This document shows, in pieces, positions 30,178-38,286 of a stretch of DNA of 46,406 nt. Position 1 is the stretch's first letter. Every line of letters starts with the position of its first letter. The position numbers and the translations under genes were made by a program. The stretch covers positions 1 to 46,406 of the forward strand of contig JAVBLU010000047.1 of the NCBI GenBank assembly GCA_031553225.1, written 5' to 3'. The DNA comes from Eubacteriales bacterium (lineage in GTDB: Bacteria; Bacillota; Clostridia; Christensenellales; UBA1750). The notes beneath the pieces were generated by a model. It searched no databases. It had not been told where the DNA came from and was given only the letters and a program-made list of their open reading frames with translations.

Positions 30178-31385
30178 AGACGATGAGCTCACGCGAACGC
30201 GTGGCGGCGGTTTTGCGCCACGAGTTGCCCGACCGCGTACCCAACGGCTGGGGCGGGGAATGCACGGGGCTGCACGCTCTTGCATACGCTCGCCTGCGCG
30301 AGGCGCTGGAGCTTGCGCCGCGGCCGGCGCGGCTGTTCACCTTCATGATGAACGCAGTCATGGACATCGATACTTCCCTCGCCATGGACGGCGACATCCT
30401 TTGGCTGGCATCGGGCATGTGCCCTGCACGGCTGTGGGGGCAAGGGCACGAAGAAGGGTGGAAGCCGGTCCAACTGTTTGGCACAACCGTGCTTGCGCCA
30501 AAGCCGTGGGACATCCAGCTGCTGCCCGACGGGAGCGCCCGGTGGGGCGAGCGCGTGTGCCCGCCTGGCGGGCTGTATTTCGATAACGCAGCAGAGCGCT
30601 CCATGGCGGCAGTGACTGAAGGGACGACGCGCCCTTCGCCCAGAGATTATCACCCGCCCATGTCCCTGCCCGAGGAACGCCTCCGCCAGCTGGAGGAGGA
30701 GGCGCGCTGGCTCTTTGAGCACACCTCCCAGGCCATCGGGTGCGGCGAGCTGATCACCGATTTGCAATACGCGCCTGGCGGCACGGTGGATTGGTGGATG
30801 CGCATGGTTGAGGAACCGGACGACGCGCACGAGTTTTTGGACAGGGCCGTTACCGCCTCGCTTTCGCAGCTAATGGGGCTCCATCAGGCGATTGGCAAGT
30901 ATGTGCAGCTCATGCAGATAGGGCACGACTTCGGCGACAACCGATGCGTCACCATAGGGCCGCCTCTATGGCGCTCCATCTATAAACCGCACTTCAAGCG
31001 GTTGTTTGAAGGGTGGCGCCGCATCACGGACATCAAGATCATGCTGCACAGTTGCGGAGCGATTGGCGAGATCATCGGCGACTTCGTGGAATGCGGCATA
31101 GACGTGCTCAACCCCGTACAGGTGTCCGCCTTCGGCATGGATCCCGCCTCGCTCAAAGCGCGCTTCGGCGATCGCCTGGTATTCTACGGCGGCTCGCTAG
31201 ATTCCATCCTCTGCCCGCCCGCCGCGCCGCCAGAGGTAGCTTACGAACAGGCTGCGGCCCACATCCGCGCCCTGAAAGCGGGCGGCGGCTACATCTTTTC
31301 CGGCGTGCACAACACGCCCGGCGACACACCCGTCAGCCATCTGCGGGCGTTGCTTCAGGCCTACCGCGACGAGAGAACCATGTAA
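30174..31385 (+). CDS. Uroporphyrinogen decarboxylase (URO-D)/MtaA-like family protein
   Basis: The URO-D fold shows C-terminal blocks (MLHSCGAIGEII, VLNPVQ, GGGYIFSGVH). The start overlaps the dehydrogenase stop (ATGA). Confidence 0.65.
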   Translation: MKTMSSRERVAAVLRHELPDRVPNGWGGECTGLHALAYARLREALELAPRPARLFTFMMNAVMDIDTSLAMDGDILWLASGMCPARLWGQGHEEGWKPVQLFGTTVLAPKPWDIQLLPDGSARWGERVCPPGGLYFDNAAERSMAAVTEGTTRPSPRDYHPPMSLPEERLRQLEEEARWLFEHTSQAIGCGELITDLQYAPGGTVDWWMRMVEEPDDAHEFLDRAVTASLSQLMGLHQAIGKYVQLMQIGHDFGDNRCVTIGPPLWRSIYKPHFKRLFEGWRRITDIKIMLHSCGAIGEIIGDFVECGIDVLNPVQVSAFGMDPASLKARFGDRLVFYGGSLDSILCPPAAPPEVAYEQAAAHIRALKAGGGYIFSGVHNTPGDTPVSHLRALLQAYRDERTM

Positions 31386-31408
31386 GTTACGGCACAAAGC
31401 GGCGGACA

Positions 31409-31437
31409 CTTGACGCGCCCCGACACCCGTGTTATAA
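31409..31437 (+). promoter_or_regulatory. Promoter of the T-box-trpB2 transcript
   Basis: The -35 is TTGACG (31409-31414) and the -10 is TATAAT (31432-31437), with a 17-nt spacer. Confidence 0.6.
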
Positions 31438-31443
31438 TGCGCT

Positions 31444-31712
31444 AAACCGATGAGAAAGAGAAGTATGCCGAAACAAGCAGCGTAAAGAGAGCCGGGGGCG
31501 GTGTGATCCCGGTACGAAATGCGGCGGCGGAATGGACTTTCGAGGGCTTTCCCGAAACGCGTGCAGTAGGGGAAGACGTGTGCGCTCGTTACAGCGCGGG
31601 GGTGTGCTGGCACCCCGTAAGCGGACGCTGCTGCAGCGTCAACGAAGGTGGCACCACAGGCATCGCCTGTCCTTCCATAGGAAGGGCAGGCTTTTTGTTT
31701 CCCTCCGGCAGG
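31444..31712 (+). ncRNA. T-box riboswitch leader (specifier UGG, tryptophan) with an intrinsic terminator
   Basis: A stem I GA/K-turn motif (GAUGAGAAAGAGAAGUA) is followed by an AGAGAG distal element. The candidate specifier loop is GGAAUGGAC (UGG then A). The T-box sequence is AAGGUGGCACCACAGG at 31655-31670. The terminator is gcctgtccttcc-atag-gaagggcaggc plus UUUUUGUUU (31675-31710). Confidence 0.7.
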
Positions 31713-31741
31713 GGAAGCGAACACGAAAGGAGCGCACGACC

Positions 31742-33121
31742 ATGGCAAACCGCAGAAACGACGTTCCCAACCGCATTCAGCTAACCGAATACGAGATACC
31801 CAAGGCCTGGTACAACCTGTCGGCCGATCTGCCAACGCCCATGCTGCCTGCGCTTAACCCGGCGACACGCCAGCCGCTGGAGCCGAATGACCTGCGCGCC
31901 ATCTTCCCCGACGAGCTCATCGCGCAGGAGATGAGCTCCGATTCGTACATCGATATTCCGGACGACGTGCTCTCCCGCTACCGCAAGTTCCGCCCGGCTC
32001 CGCTGCATCGCGCATATCAGCTGGAGGAGGCCCTCGGCACGCCCGCGCGCATCTACTATAAATATGAGGGCGGCAATACCTCCGGCTCGCACAAGCTCAA
32101 TTCCGCCATTCCCCAAGTGTACTACAACAAGCAGGCGGGCATCAAGCGCTTAACGACGGAAACGGGCGCGGGGCAGTGGGGCACGGCCCTAGCCACGGCC
32201 TGCGCCATGTACGATATGAAGGCGACCACGTATATGGTGAAGATTTCCGCCGAACAAAAGCCATACCGCCGCATCATCATGGAAACCTTCGGCTCCACGG
32301 TCATTCCCTCACCGTCCACCACCACCGAGGCGGGACGCAAGGTGCTTGCCATCGATCCAAACAACCACGGCTCGCTTGGCACGGCCATCAGCGAGGCGGT
32401 GGAGGACGCCATGGCGCACGAGGACACAAACTACGCACTGGGCTCGGTGCTCAACCACGTCGTCATCCATCAATCCATCATTGGCCTGGAGACGCAGGCG
32501 CAGCTGGCCGCCGTGGAGGAGAAGGCAGATGTCGTCATCGGCTGCTGCGGGGGCGGTTCCAACTTCGCCGGAATTGCCGCGCCCTTCGCGCGCGACAAGA
32601 TCAAGTCCGGCGCCAACACGAAGTTGATCGCCGTGGAGCCGACCGCATGCCCCACGCTCACGCGCGGTACTTTCGCCTACGACTATGGCGATACGGTAGG
32701 CCTTACGCCGCTTGTGGCGCAGTATACGCTGGGGCACGCCTTCCTGCCCGCCGGCATCCACGCGGGCGGCCTGCGCTATCACGGGGCGTCGGCGCTCGTG
32801 TCCGAGCTTCTACGCCAAGGCGTCATCCAGGCGCGGGCCGTGCCGCAAACCGCCGTGTTCGAAGCGGCGCTGCTGTTCGCGCGCGCAGAGGGGCTTCTGC
32901 CAGCGCCGGAGTCCTCCCACGCCATCCGCGCCGCTATTGACGAGGCGCTTGTCTGCCGGCAGACCGGCGAGGAAAAAGTCATCGTGTTCTGTTTGTCCGG
33001 GCACGGCTATTTCGATCTGGCAGCATACGAAAACTACCAGAGAGGCCGCCTTGTGGACGCGGACTACACCGCGGATCTTGTGGCTGAAGGCCTAAAATGC
33101 CTGCCGAATATCGCTATATAG
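31742..33121 (+). CDS. trpB: TrpB-like PLP-dependent enzyme, long-form tryptophan synthase beta (TrpB2)
   Basis: At 459 aa it has the TrpB2-type N-terminal extension. [17 protein letters not shown] holds the PLP-lysine, and [11 protein letters not shown] is present. The long ORF from 31532 runs through the leader in the same frame. Confidence 0.85.
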   Translation: MANRRNDVPNRIQLTEYEIPKAWYNLSADLPTPMLPALNPATRQPLEPNDLRAIFPDELIAQEMSSDSYIDIPDDVLSRYRKFRPAPLHRAYQLEEALGTPARIYYKYEGGNTSGSHKLNSAIPQVYYNKQAGIKRLTTETGAGQWGTALATACAMYDMKATTYMVKISAEQKPYRRIIMETFGSTVIPSPSTTTEAGRKVLAIDPNNHGSLGTAISEAVEDAMAHEDTNYALGSVLNHVVIHQSIIGLETQAQLAAVEEKADVVIGCCGGGSNFAGIAAPFARDKIKSGANTKLIAVEPTACPTLTRGTFAYDYGDTVGLTPLVAQYTLGHAFLPAGIHAGGLRYHGASALVSELLRQGVIQARAVPQTAVFEAALLFARAEGLLPAPESSHAIRAAIDEALVCRQTGEEKVIVFCLSGHGYFDLAAYENYQRGRLVDADYTADLVAEGLKCLPNIAI

Positions 33122-33166
33122 GGTACCTTGCGCAATAGCTCCGCGCATCAGGTGCTGCGCAATTCA

Positions 33167-33205
33167 GCAGAAGGATCCGGATTCGGATCCTTCTGCTTGT
33201 TTCTG
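33167..33205 (+). terminator. Rho-independent terminator after trpB2
   Basis: A perfect 12-13 bp stem (gcagaaggatccg / cggatccttctgc) with a 4-nt loop is followed by ttgtttctgt. Confidence 0.7.
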
Positions 33206-33392
33206 TATTGATTGCGCAACTGCGTCCGTGCGAGCACATTCATTTCCGTTCGGATCGTTGACACAAGATCATTGGGAGCATATAGCTGCGCCATTCTATA
33301 ACCCCTGAGCTGTCGAAACGTCAGCCGGCTATGCAGCAAAGGGACGGCTACGGCCGCACGCGCATTGGATAATAGTTCGTACGACGCGCTGT

Positions 33393-33917
33393 TTATTTAT
33401 ATAAATATTTCATATAGCAGACGCCGAAGGGAAGATTGGGGAAACGCTTGCGCTCCGTCTCCACAAAACCGCGCGCGCGATACCATGCGATCAAACGTTC
33501 GTTTTCCGCGATGATGCCGATGGTAACGGCCCGCGCGTCCTGCAGCCGCGCCGTCGTAAGGGCATATTGTACGAGCAGGCTGCCCAAGCCGTCTGCGCGA
33601 TGGTTGGGGAGGACGGCGAGCCGCGTAAGCTCCAGCGCCTGATCCTTGTCCGGCAATAGGCCCACGAACCCGACAGCCCGGCCGCGAAGCAACAGCAGGT
33701 AGGCCTGAGCGCCAGGGCGGATAAAGCGTTCACGCAAGCCGTCGTCCGTCTGAAAGGACGCATGTGTCGGGCAGTTGTCCCGCGTAAGGGCAAAGTCGCG
33801 CGCCACGGTGGTGAAGGATTCGCGGATCACGCGCGCCGCATCCGCCACATCGTTAGCACTGCTCATGTCGCACAGCCGGATGAGGGGAGCCGTCTGCTGC
33901 TCGCTCATGCAAATCAC
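33393..33917 (-). CDS. GNAT family N-acetyltransferase
   Basis: A HRADGLGSLLV acetyl-CoA motif is present. The protein is 174 aa with an AT-rich C-terminal codon run. Confidence 0.7.
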   Translation of the reverse strand: MICMSEQQTAPLIRLCDMSSANDVADAARVIRESFTTVARDFALTRDNCPTHASFQTDDGLRERFIRPGAQAYLLLLRGRAVGFVGLLPDKDQALELTRLAVLPNHRADGLGSLLVQYALTTARLQDARAVTIGIIAENERLIAWYRARGFVETERKRFPNLPFGVCYMKYLYK

Positions 33918-34010
33918 CTCTTGACTTTACGTGGGGGATCGTCTAAACTATATGCTAAAGACAACTTTAACTAATAGTTAAGGCCATGTCGATCGAGAGG
34001 GGGCTTGTCC

Positions 34011-35099
34011 ATGGCCGGTCCCGGCGAATCGTACGCCACGGAGCTGACGCGCCGTCAGACGCTGGAACTGCGCGCGCGTGTGGCGGAGCTTCCGCCGTTG
34101 TGCGCAGCGTTCTTTCGCGCCATCGAGGACCGCACGCAGGTGCGCACGCGGCTTGCCTACGCGCTGGATTTGCGCGTGTTCTTCACCTGGCTTGCGGCCG
34201 GCTCCGTCGCAGACGTTCGCGCCCTAACCATCGATCACCTGCGCCAAGTCGCCACATCCGATCTGGAGGCCTTTCAAAGCTACTTATCGCTGTATGAGAC
34301 CGAACGCGGCGACGCCGCCCCTCTCCTGCGGGAAAACGCCGCCACCGGCAAGGAACGCAAGCTCTCCAGCGTGCGCGCACTGTTCAAGTATTTGTATAAA
34401 AGCCAGCAGCTGGAGGAAAACGTCGCAAGCCTGGTGGAGTTGCCCACGAAACACGAACATGAGATCGTCCGTCTGGAACCGGACGAGGTGGCCCGGCTGC
34501 TGGACGACGCGGAGAGCGGCGAAGCACTCTCGCCGCGCCAGAGAGCCTATCACAAGATCACCCGCACACGCGACGTAGCGCTGCTTACATTGCTTTTGGG
34601 AACGGGTATTCGCGTCAGCGAATGTGTGGGCTTGAATCTGCAGGACGTGGATCTTACGCAAGCGGCTATGGTCGTTACACGCAAAGGCGGCGACCGGGTG
34701 ATGCTCTATCTCTCTGAGGAGGTCATTGCGGCCATGCGAAGCTGGCTTACCGAACGCAGAACGATTCAGGCGCTTCCGGGCCATACGTCGGCGCTCTTTC
34801 TGTCGCTGCAGAACCGCCGCATCACAACGCTGTCCGTGCAAAACCTCGTAAAGAAGTACGCGCGGTCCGCAGCGCCGCTCAAACGCATCACGCCGCACAA
34901 GCTGCGCTCCACATTCGGCACCACCTTGTACCAGCAGACGAACGATATCTATCTGGTGGCCGACGTGCTCGGCCACGCGGACGTAAACACAACGCGCAAG
35001 CACTATGCCGACATGGTGGACGAGCACCGCCGGATCGCCGCGCGCGTCGTCAAGCTGCGCGACGAGCGGCCCGCGCCAGAGGATTCACCGTCCAAGTGA
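34011..35099 (+). CDS. Tyrosine site-specific recombinase (XerC/XerD/integrase family)
   Basis: An N-terminal SAM-like core-binding domain is followed by a C-terminal catalytic domain (LRSTFGTTL, HADVNTTRKHY with the catalytic Tyr). The TTG at 34005 or the ATG at 34011 is the start. Confidence 0.8.
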   Translation: MAGPGESYATELTRRQTLELRARVAELPPLCAAFFRAIEDRTQVRTRLAYALDLRVFFTWLAAGSVADVRALTIDHLRQVATSDLEAFQSYLSLYETERGDAAPLLRENAATGKERKLSSVRALFKYLYKSQQLEENVASLVELPTKHEHEIVRLEPDEVARLLDDAESGEALSPRQRAYHKITRTRDVALLTLLLGTGIRVSECVGLNLQDVDLTQAAMVVTRKGGDRVMLYLSEEVIAAMRSWLTERRTIQALPGHTSALFLSLQNRRITTLSVQNLVKKYARSAAPLKRITPHKLRSTFGTTLYQQTNDIYLVADVLGHADVNTTRKHYADMVDEHRRIAARVVKLRDERPAPEDSPSK

Positions 35100-35139
35100 A
35101 GACCGCACGTCTCCGTATGGATGAACACCCGCCATGCCG

Positions 35140-35730
35140 CTAGCGCGCGTTTTTGCGCGGCTTGGAGGTGCGTCGGGCGCGCTTGACCGACGCCTTTTTG
35201 GGCTTGGGCATCAACAGCGCAACGGCCAGCAAACCCACGCCACCAATCCCGCAGGCGATGGCGGCGCGATACAGCATGTTCAGGCGGCTGTCCGTAAGGG
35301 GCTCGTCCGGATAGGTGATCGCAGGTTCCAGGGGCGTCGTGTCCGGCACAGCCGCGGGCGAAGGCGGTGGTGCGGCGGATGGGCCGGACGCCGGCACAGG
35401 CGTGAACCGAACGGCAGTCTCTTCCGGGCGCTTCGTGCGCGTTGGCGCGGGCATGGAAGCAGGCGTGGATTTGGGCGTCGCCACGGGTGCGGCCGCAGTT
35501 TTTACCACCGCCGTCCCTTTCGCAGGCGAAGCGGACACGGTCGGTTTCACGCTCGCCGCGGTCGGTTTAAAATTCGCGGTCGACGCGGCAGCACCGGATG
35601 CGGTCGGCTTCGGCGTCGTTTTGCCCGGCGTCGCCGCACGCGCCTGCGTCGTCCCGGCAAATAGCAGCATGAGCACCGCCATCGCGCAGGCCGTTGTCCA
35701 TTTCCTCAGTCGTACCGCCCTCATGCGCAC
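35140..35730 (-). CDS. Ala/Pro/Thr-rich low-complexity protein with an N-terminal signal peptide and a C-terminal transmembrane anchor plus a basic tail
   Basis: The N-terminus is hydrophobic (AMAVLMLLFAGTTQA). A long APT-rich region follows. The C-terminus is IACGIGGVGLLAVALLM plus KPKKASVKRARR. There is no LPXTG motif. Confidence 0.45.
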   Translation of the reverse strand: MRMRAVRLRKWTTACAMAVLMLLFAGTTQARAATPGKTTPKPTASGAAASTANFKPTAASVKPTVSASPAKGTAVVKTAAAPVATPKSTPASMPAPTRTKRPEETAVRFTPVPASGPSAAPPPSPAAVPDTTPLEPAITYPDEPLTDSRLNMLYRAAIACGIGGVGLLAVALLMPKPKKASVKRARRTSKPRKNAR

Positions 35731-35852
35731 CGCCCTTCCCCACCTCGCCCACCGTTCCCGGGCGACTTTCTGTGCGACCCATTATAACACCCCACGCCGC
35801 CATGGGAAAGCACAGACGCCGAACATTCAGCGACATGGTTTGCACAAAGAAT

Positions 35853-35881
35853 TGATACCGGGCGCACTGTTATGGTATAAT
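35853..35881 (+). promoter_or_regulatory. ddh promoter
   Basis: The -35 is TTGATA (35853-35858) and the -10 is TATAAT (35876-35881), with a 17-nt spacer. Confidence 0.55.
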
Positions 35882-35912
35882 CATGTGAATCTTACCGCAA
35901 AGAGGGGTTCGT

Positions 35913-36812
35913 ATGGCTACTCGTGTCGCGCGTATCGCCGTCGTTGGTTATGGAAACATCGGCCAAAACTGCATTGCCGCCATCCGGGCGGCTGAGGATA
36001 TGGAGCTTGCCGGGCTGGTCGTCCGCCATCCGCTCGCGTCCGCACCCGCGGGCGTGAAAACCGTCATCAATCATATCGGGGAGCTTGGCCGCGTGGACGC
36101 GGCGCTCCTGGCACTTCCCTCCCGCAGCGTGCCGGACAAGGCCGAGGAACTCCTGCGCGCCGGCATCGCCACGGTGGACTCCTTCGATATCCACGCGGAG
36201 ATTCCCGCCCTTCAGGCCCGCCTTCACGCGGCCGCCCTTGCCGGAAAAGCCGTAAGCATCCTTTCGGCTGGTTGGGATCCGGGCTCGGACTCCGCCCTGC
36301 GTGCGCTCTTTGAGGCCATGACGCCCCGCGGAATGACCACCACGGACTTCGGCCCGGGCATGAGCATGGGCCATACGGTGGCCGTGAAGGCTATACCCGG
36401 CGTTGCGGACGCGCTGTCCGTCACTCTGCCGACCGGCGGGGGCATCCACCGCCGCATGGTGTACGTGCAGCTGAAGGAGGGCGTAAACTTCCAAAGCGTG
36501 GCCGCCGCTGTCAAGGCCGACCCGTACTTTGCGCACGACGACACGCACGTGCGCCAAGTGGAGGACGTGCGCGCCGTGACGGACGCGGGCCACGGCGTGG
36601 TGCTCACGCGCAAAGGGGGCGCCAGCGGTATGGATAACCAGAACCTGCGCTTCGAGATGCGCATCCATAACCCGGCCCTCACCGCGCAGATGATGCTCTC
36701 CTCCGCGCGCGCCGCGCTGCGCCAGCGGCCGGGCTGCTACACGCTCATCGAGATCCCCCTTGTGGACCTGTTGCCCGGCGAGCGCGACGCTTGGATAAAA
36801 AAACTCGTATAG
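35913..36812 (+). CDS. ddh: meso-diaminopimelate D-dehydrogenase
   Basis: IAVVGYGNIGQ is the Ddh NADP-binding N-terminus. The length and the C-terminal domain both match Ddh. Confidence 0.8.
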   Translation: MATRVARIAVVGYGNIGQNCIAAIRAAEDMELAGLVVRHPLASAPAGVKTVINHIGELGRVDAALLALPSRSVPDKAEELLRAGIATVDSFDIHAEIPALQARLHAAALAGKAVSILSAGWDPGSDSALRALFEAMTPRGMTTTDFGPGMSMGHTVAVKAIPGVADALSVTLPTGGGIHRRMVYVQLKEGVNFQSVAAAVKADPYFAHDDTHVRQVEDVRAVTDAGHGVVLTRKGGASGMDNQNLRFEMRIHNPALTAQMMLSSARAALRQRPGCYTLIEIPLVDLLPGERDAWIKKLV

Positions 36813-36888
36813 CCTGCTGCAACCAAATGCCGGGATCGTCCGTCTTACATGGTGCAGCCATTATAATTAAGTGGAGGTTCTCTTCCTG

Positions 36889-37665
36889 ATGCGCAAGACA
36901 AAGAAGCTGACTCTTGCCTTATCCGTCATGTTTCTGGTGACGGCACTCGCCGCATGCGGCCCGCAGGTAGCGGACCCCACGCCGGCGCCGGGCACCAGCC
37001 CGGGCATCGACCTATTGACGCCCGCGCCGGGCGCAACCGCCACGCCGGTCTTTGGTCCGGCCTCCACCCCCAACCCAGCGGCGACCGCGACGTCCACCTT
37101 TATGACGCCCGCGCCCAGCGCCACGCCCACCGCTACGGCCCAGGCCTCCGCCGAGACGGGCTCCATGTCGCCCGAGACGGAGAAGAGCTACGCGAGCGTG
37201 GTGAAGAAAGCCGACATTGTGTTGATGGGCAAGTTCACCAAGACGCTGCGCGAGGACAATTCCACGCGCGACCCCAGCGACGTGAAAAAGCCCTCCACCA
37301 AGTACATGTCCGGCGTCAAGGTGTACCTGTTCCGCGTGGACACGGTGCTCAAGGGTTCGGTCAAGCTGAAGGAAGTGGAGATCGCCCTGGACTACAGCGA
37401 GCAGAACCTGCTCGACAAGAAGCCCGCCACGATCAACCCCAACTACATGGAGCCCAATTTTGATGATACGGTCATTCTCCCCCTGTTTTACGATCCGGAC
37501 CTGAAGTGGTACATCAACGACCAGGGGATCGAACCGCAGCGTTTTGTCGTGCGCGACGATCAGGTGGTCTTCCAAAGCGTGCACGTCGACACGAAGAGCG
37601 TTTGGGACACCGTCAAGCCCATCTCGCTGGCCGAGTTTAAGACGGTCTGCAAGAACAACAAATAA
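36889..37665 (+). CDS. Hypothetical lipoprotein
   Basis: The lipobox is LAAC (signal MRKTKKLTLALSVMFLVTALAAC). A Pro/Thr/Ala-rich linker follows, then a globular C-terminal domain of unknown family. Confidence 0.55.
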   Translation: MRKTKKLTLALSVMFLVTALAACGPQVADPTPAPGTSPGIDLLTPAPGATATPVFGPASTPNPAATATSTFMTPAPSATPTATAQASAETGSMSPETEKSYASVVKKADIVLMGKFTKTLREDNSTRDPSDVKKPSTKYMSGVKVYLFRVDTVLKGSVKLKEVEIALDYSEQNLLDKKPATINPNYMEPNFDDTVILPLFYDPDLKWYINDQGIEPQRFVVRDDQVVFQSVHVDTKSVWDTVKPISLAEFKTVCKNNK

Positions 37666-37677
37666 ATCCGTGATACG

Positions 37678-37711
37678 AAAAATGGCTGTGGCCCGCGCCA
37701 CAGCCATTTTG
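37678..37711. terminator. Bidirectional terminator between the lipoprotein gene and the TM2 gene
   Basis: A perfect 14-bp stem (aaaatggctgtggc ccgc gccacagccatttt) is flanked by A and T runs. Confidence 0.7.
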
Positions 37712-37722
37712 CATGCCGCCCG

Positions 37723-38154
37723 TCAGTCGCTTAGGCGGTAGCCCTCCACGTCCACAAACGTGCGATCCGTCAGAATGATGATGCCCTCCACCAGGCCCCA
37801 GATCGCCGATACCGGCGAGAGCGCGCCGCAGCTGACTACGGTGATGAGCAACTGCGCCACCGCCCGGCCCGTGTAGCCCAGGTAGAAGTTATGCGCGCCC
37901 ACCGCGCCAAGCAGGATGCCCAATACGCCGGCCGCGGTGCGCGAGCGGTATCCGTTCGTTTGGTAGGGCGGCCGCTGGGCAGGCGGAGGCGGAACGGGTG
38001 TTCCGCATGCGCATGCGCTCGCTCCGGCCTCAAGCGGCCGTCCGCAGCGCCAACAATAGGCGCGGCCAAGGCCGGACGGCACGCCGCACCGGCCGCAGGC
38101 CCTGGCCTGCGGCGCCATTTCCTGGCCACAGCTCGTACAGAACATGATGATCAC
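37723..38154 (-). CDS. Zinc-ribbon plus TM2-domain protein
   Basis: N-terminal CxxC pairs (FCTSCG, CGRCG, CWRCG, CACG) are followed by the TM2 signature GAHNFYLGYTGRAVAQLL across two transmembrane helices. Confidence 0.65.
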   Translation of the reverse strand: MIIMFCTSCGQEMAPQARACGRCGVPSGLGRAYCWRCGRPLEAGASACACGTPVPPPPAQRPPYQTNGYRSRTAAGVLGILLGAVGAHNFYLGYTGRAVAQLLITVVSCGALSPVSAIWGLVEGIIILTDRTFVDVEGYRLSD

Positions 38155-38206
38155 TCCTTACAGCTACTGTAGTGTACCACTTTTGAACGGGCAGCACAAC
38201 GCGCCC

Positions 38207-38236
38207 TTGACGGCTTTGCCGGACGCGAGCTATAAT
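38207..38236 (+). promoter_or_regulatory. metY promoter
   Basis: The -35 is TTGACG (38207-38212) and the -10 is TATAAT (38231-38236), with an 18-nt spacer. The leader is about 45 nt. Confidence 0.55.
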
Positions 38237-38286
38237 GTGCCAACTGCTCGCAGCGCGCAAGCGCGCTGCCGGAAGGGGAAAATCGC

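Noticed and set aside
33148-33339. 63-aa minus-strand ORF in the trpB2 to GNAT spacer
   Set aside because: It has no RBS, overlaps the trpB2 terminator hairpin and has a basic low-complexity composition. It is probably spurious.
33396-33407. AT-rich perfect palindrome ATTTATATAAAT that looks like a regulatory box
   Set aside because: It lies inside the last codons (KYLYK-stop) of the minus-strand GNAT gene. Its AT richness reflects Lys and Tyr codons, not an intergenic site.
33940-34000. dif-like Xer recombination site next to the recombinase gene
   Set aside because: There is only a weak resemblance (TAAACT) to Firmicutes dif. The 7-1-7 palindrome is too short for a 28-bp dif. It is kept only as a possible operator in the recombinase finding.
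38155-38286. Possible SAM (S-box) riboswitch upstream of metY
   Set aside because: The leader downstream of the TATAAT is only about 45 nt and lacks the S-box helices. A plain promoter is the better explanation.
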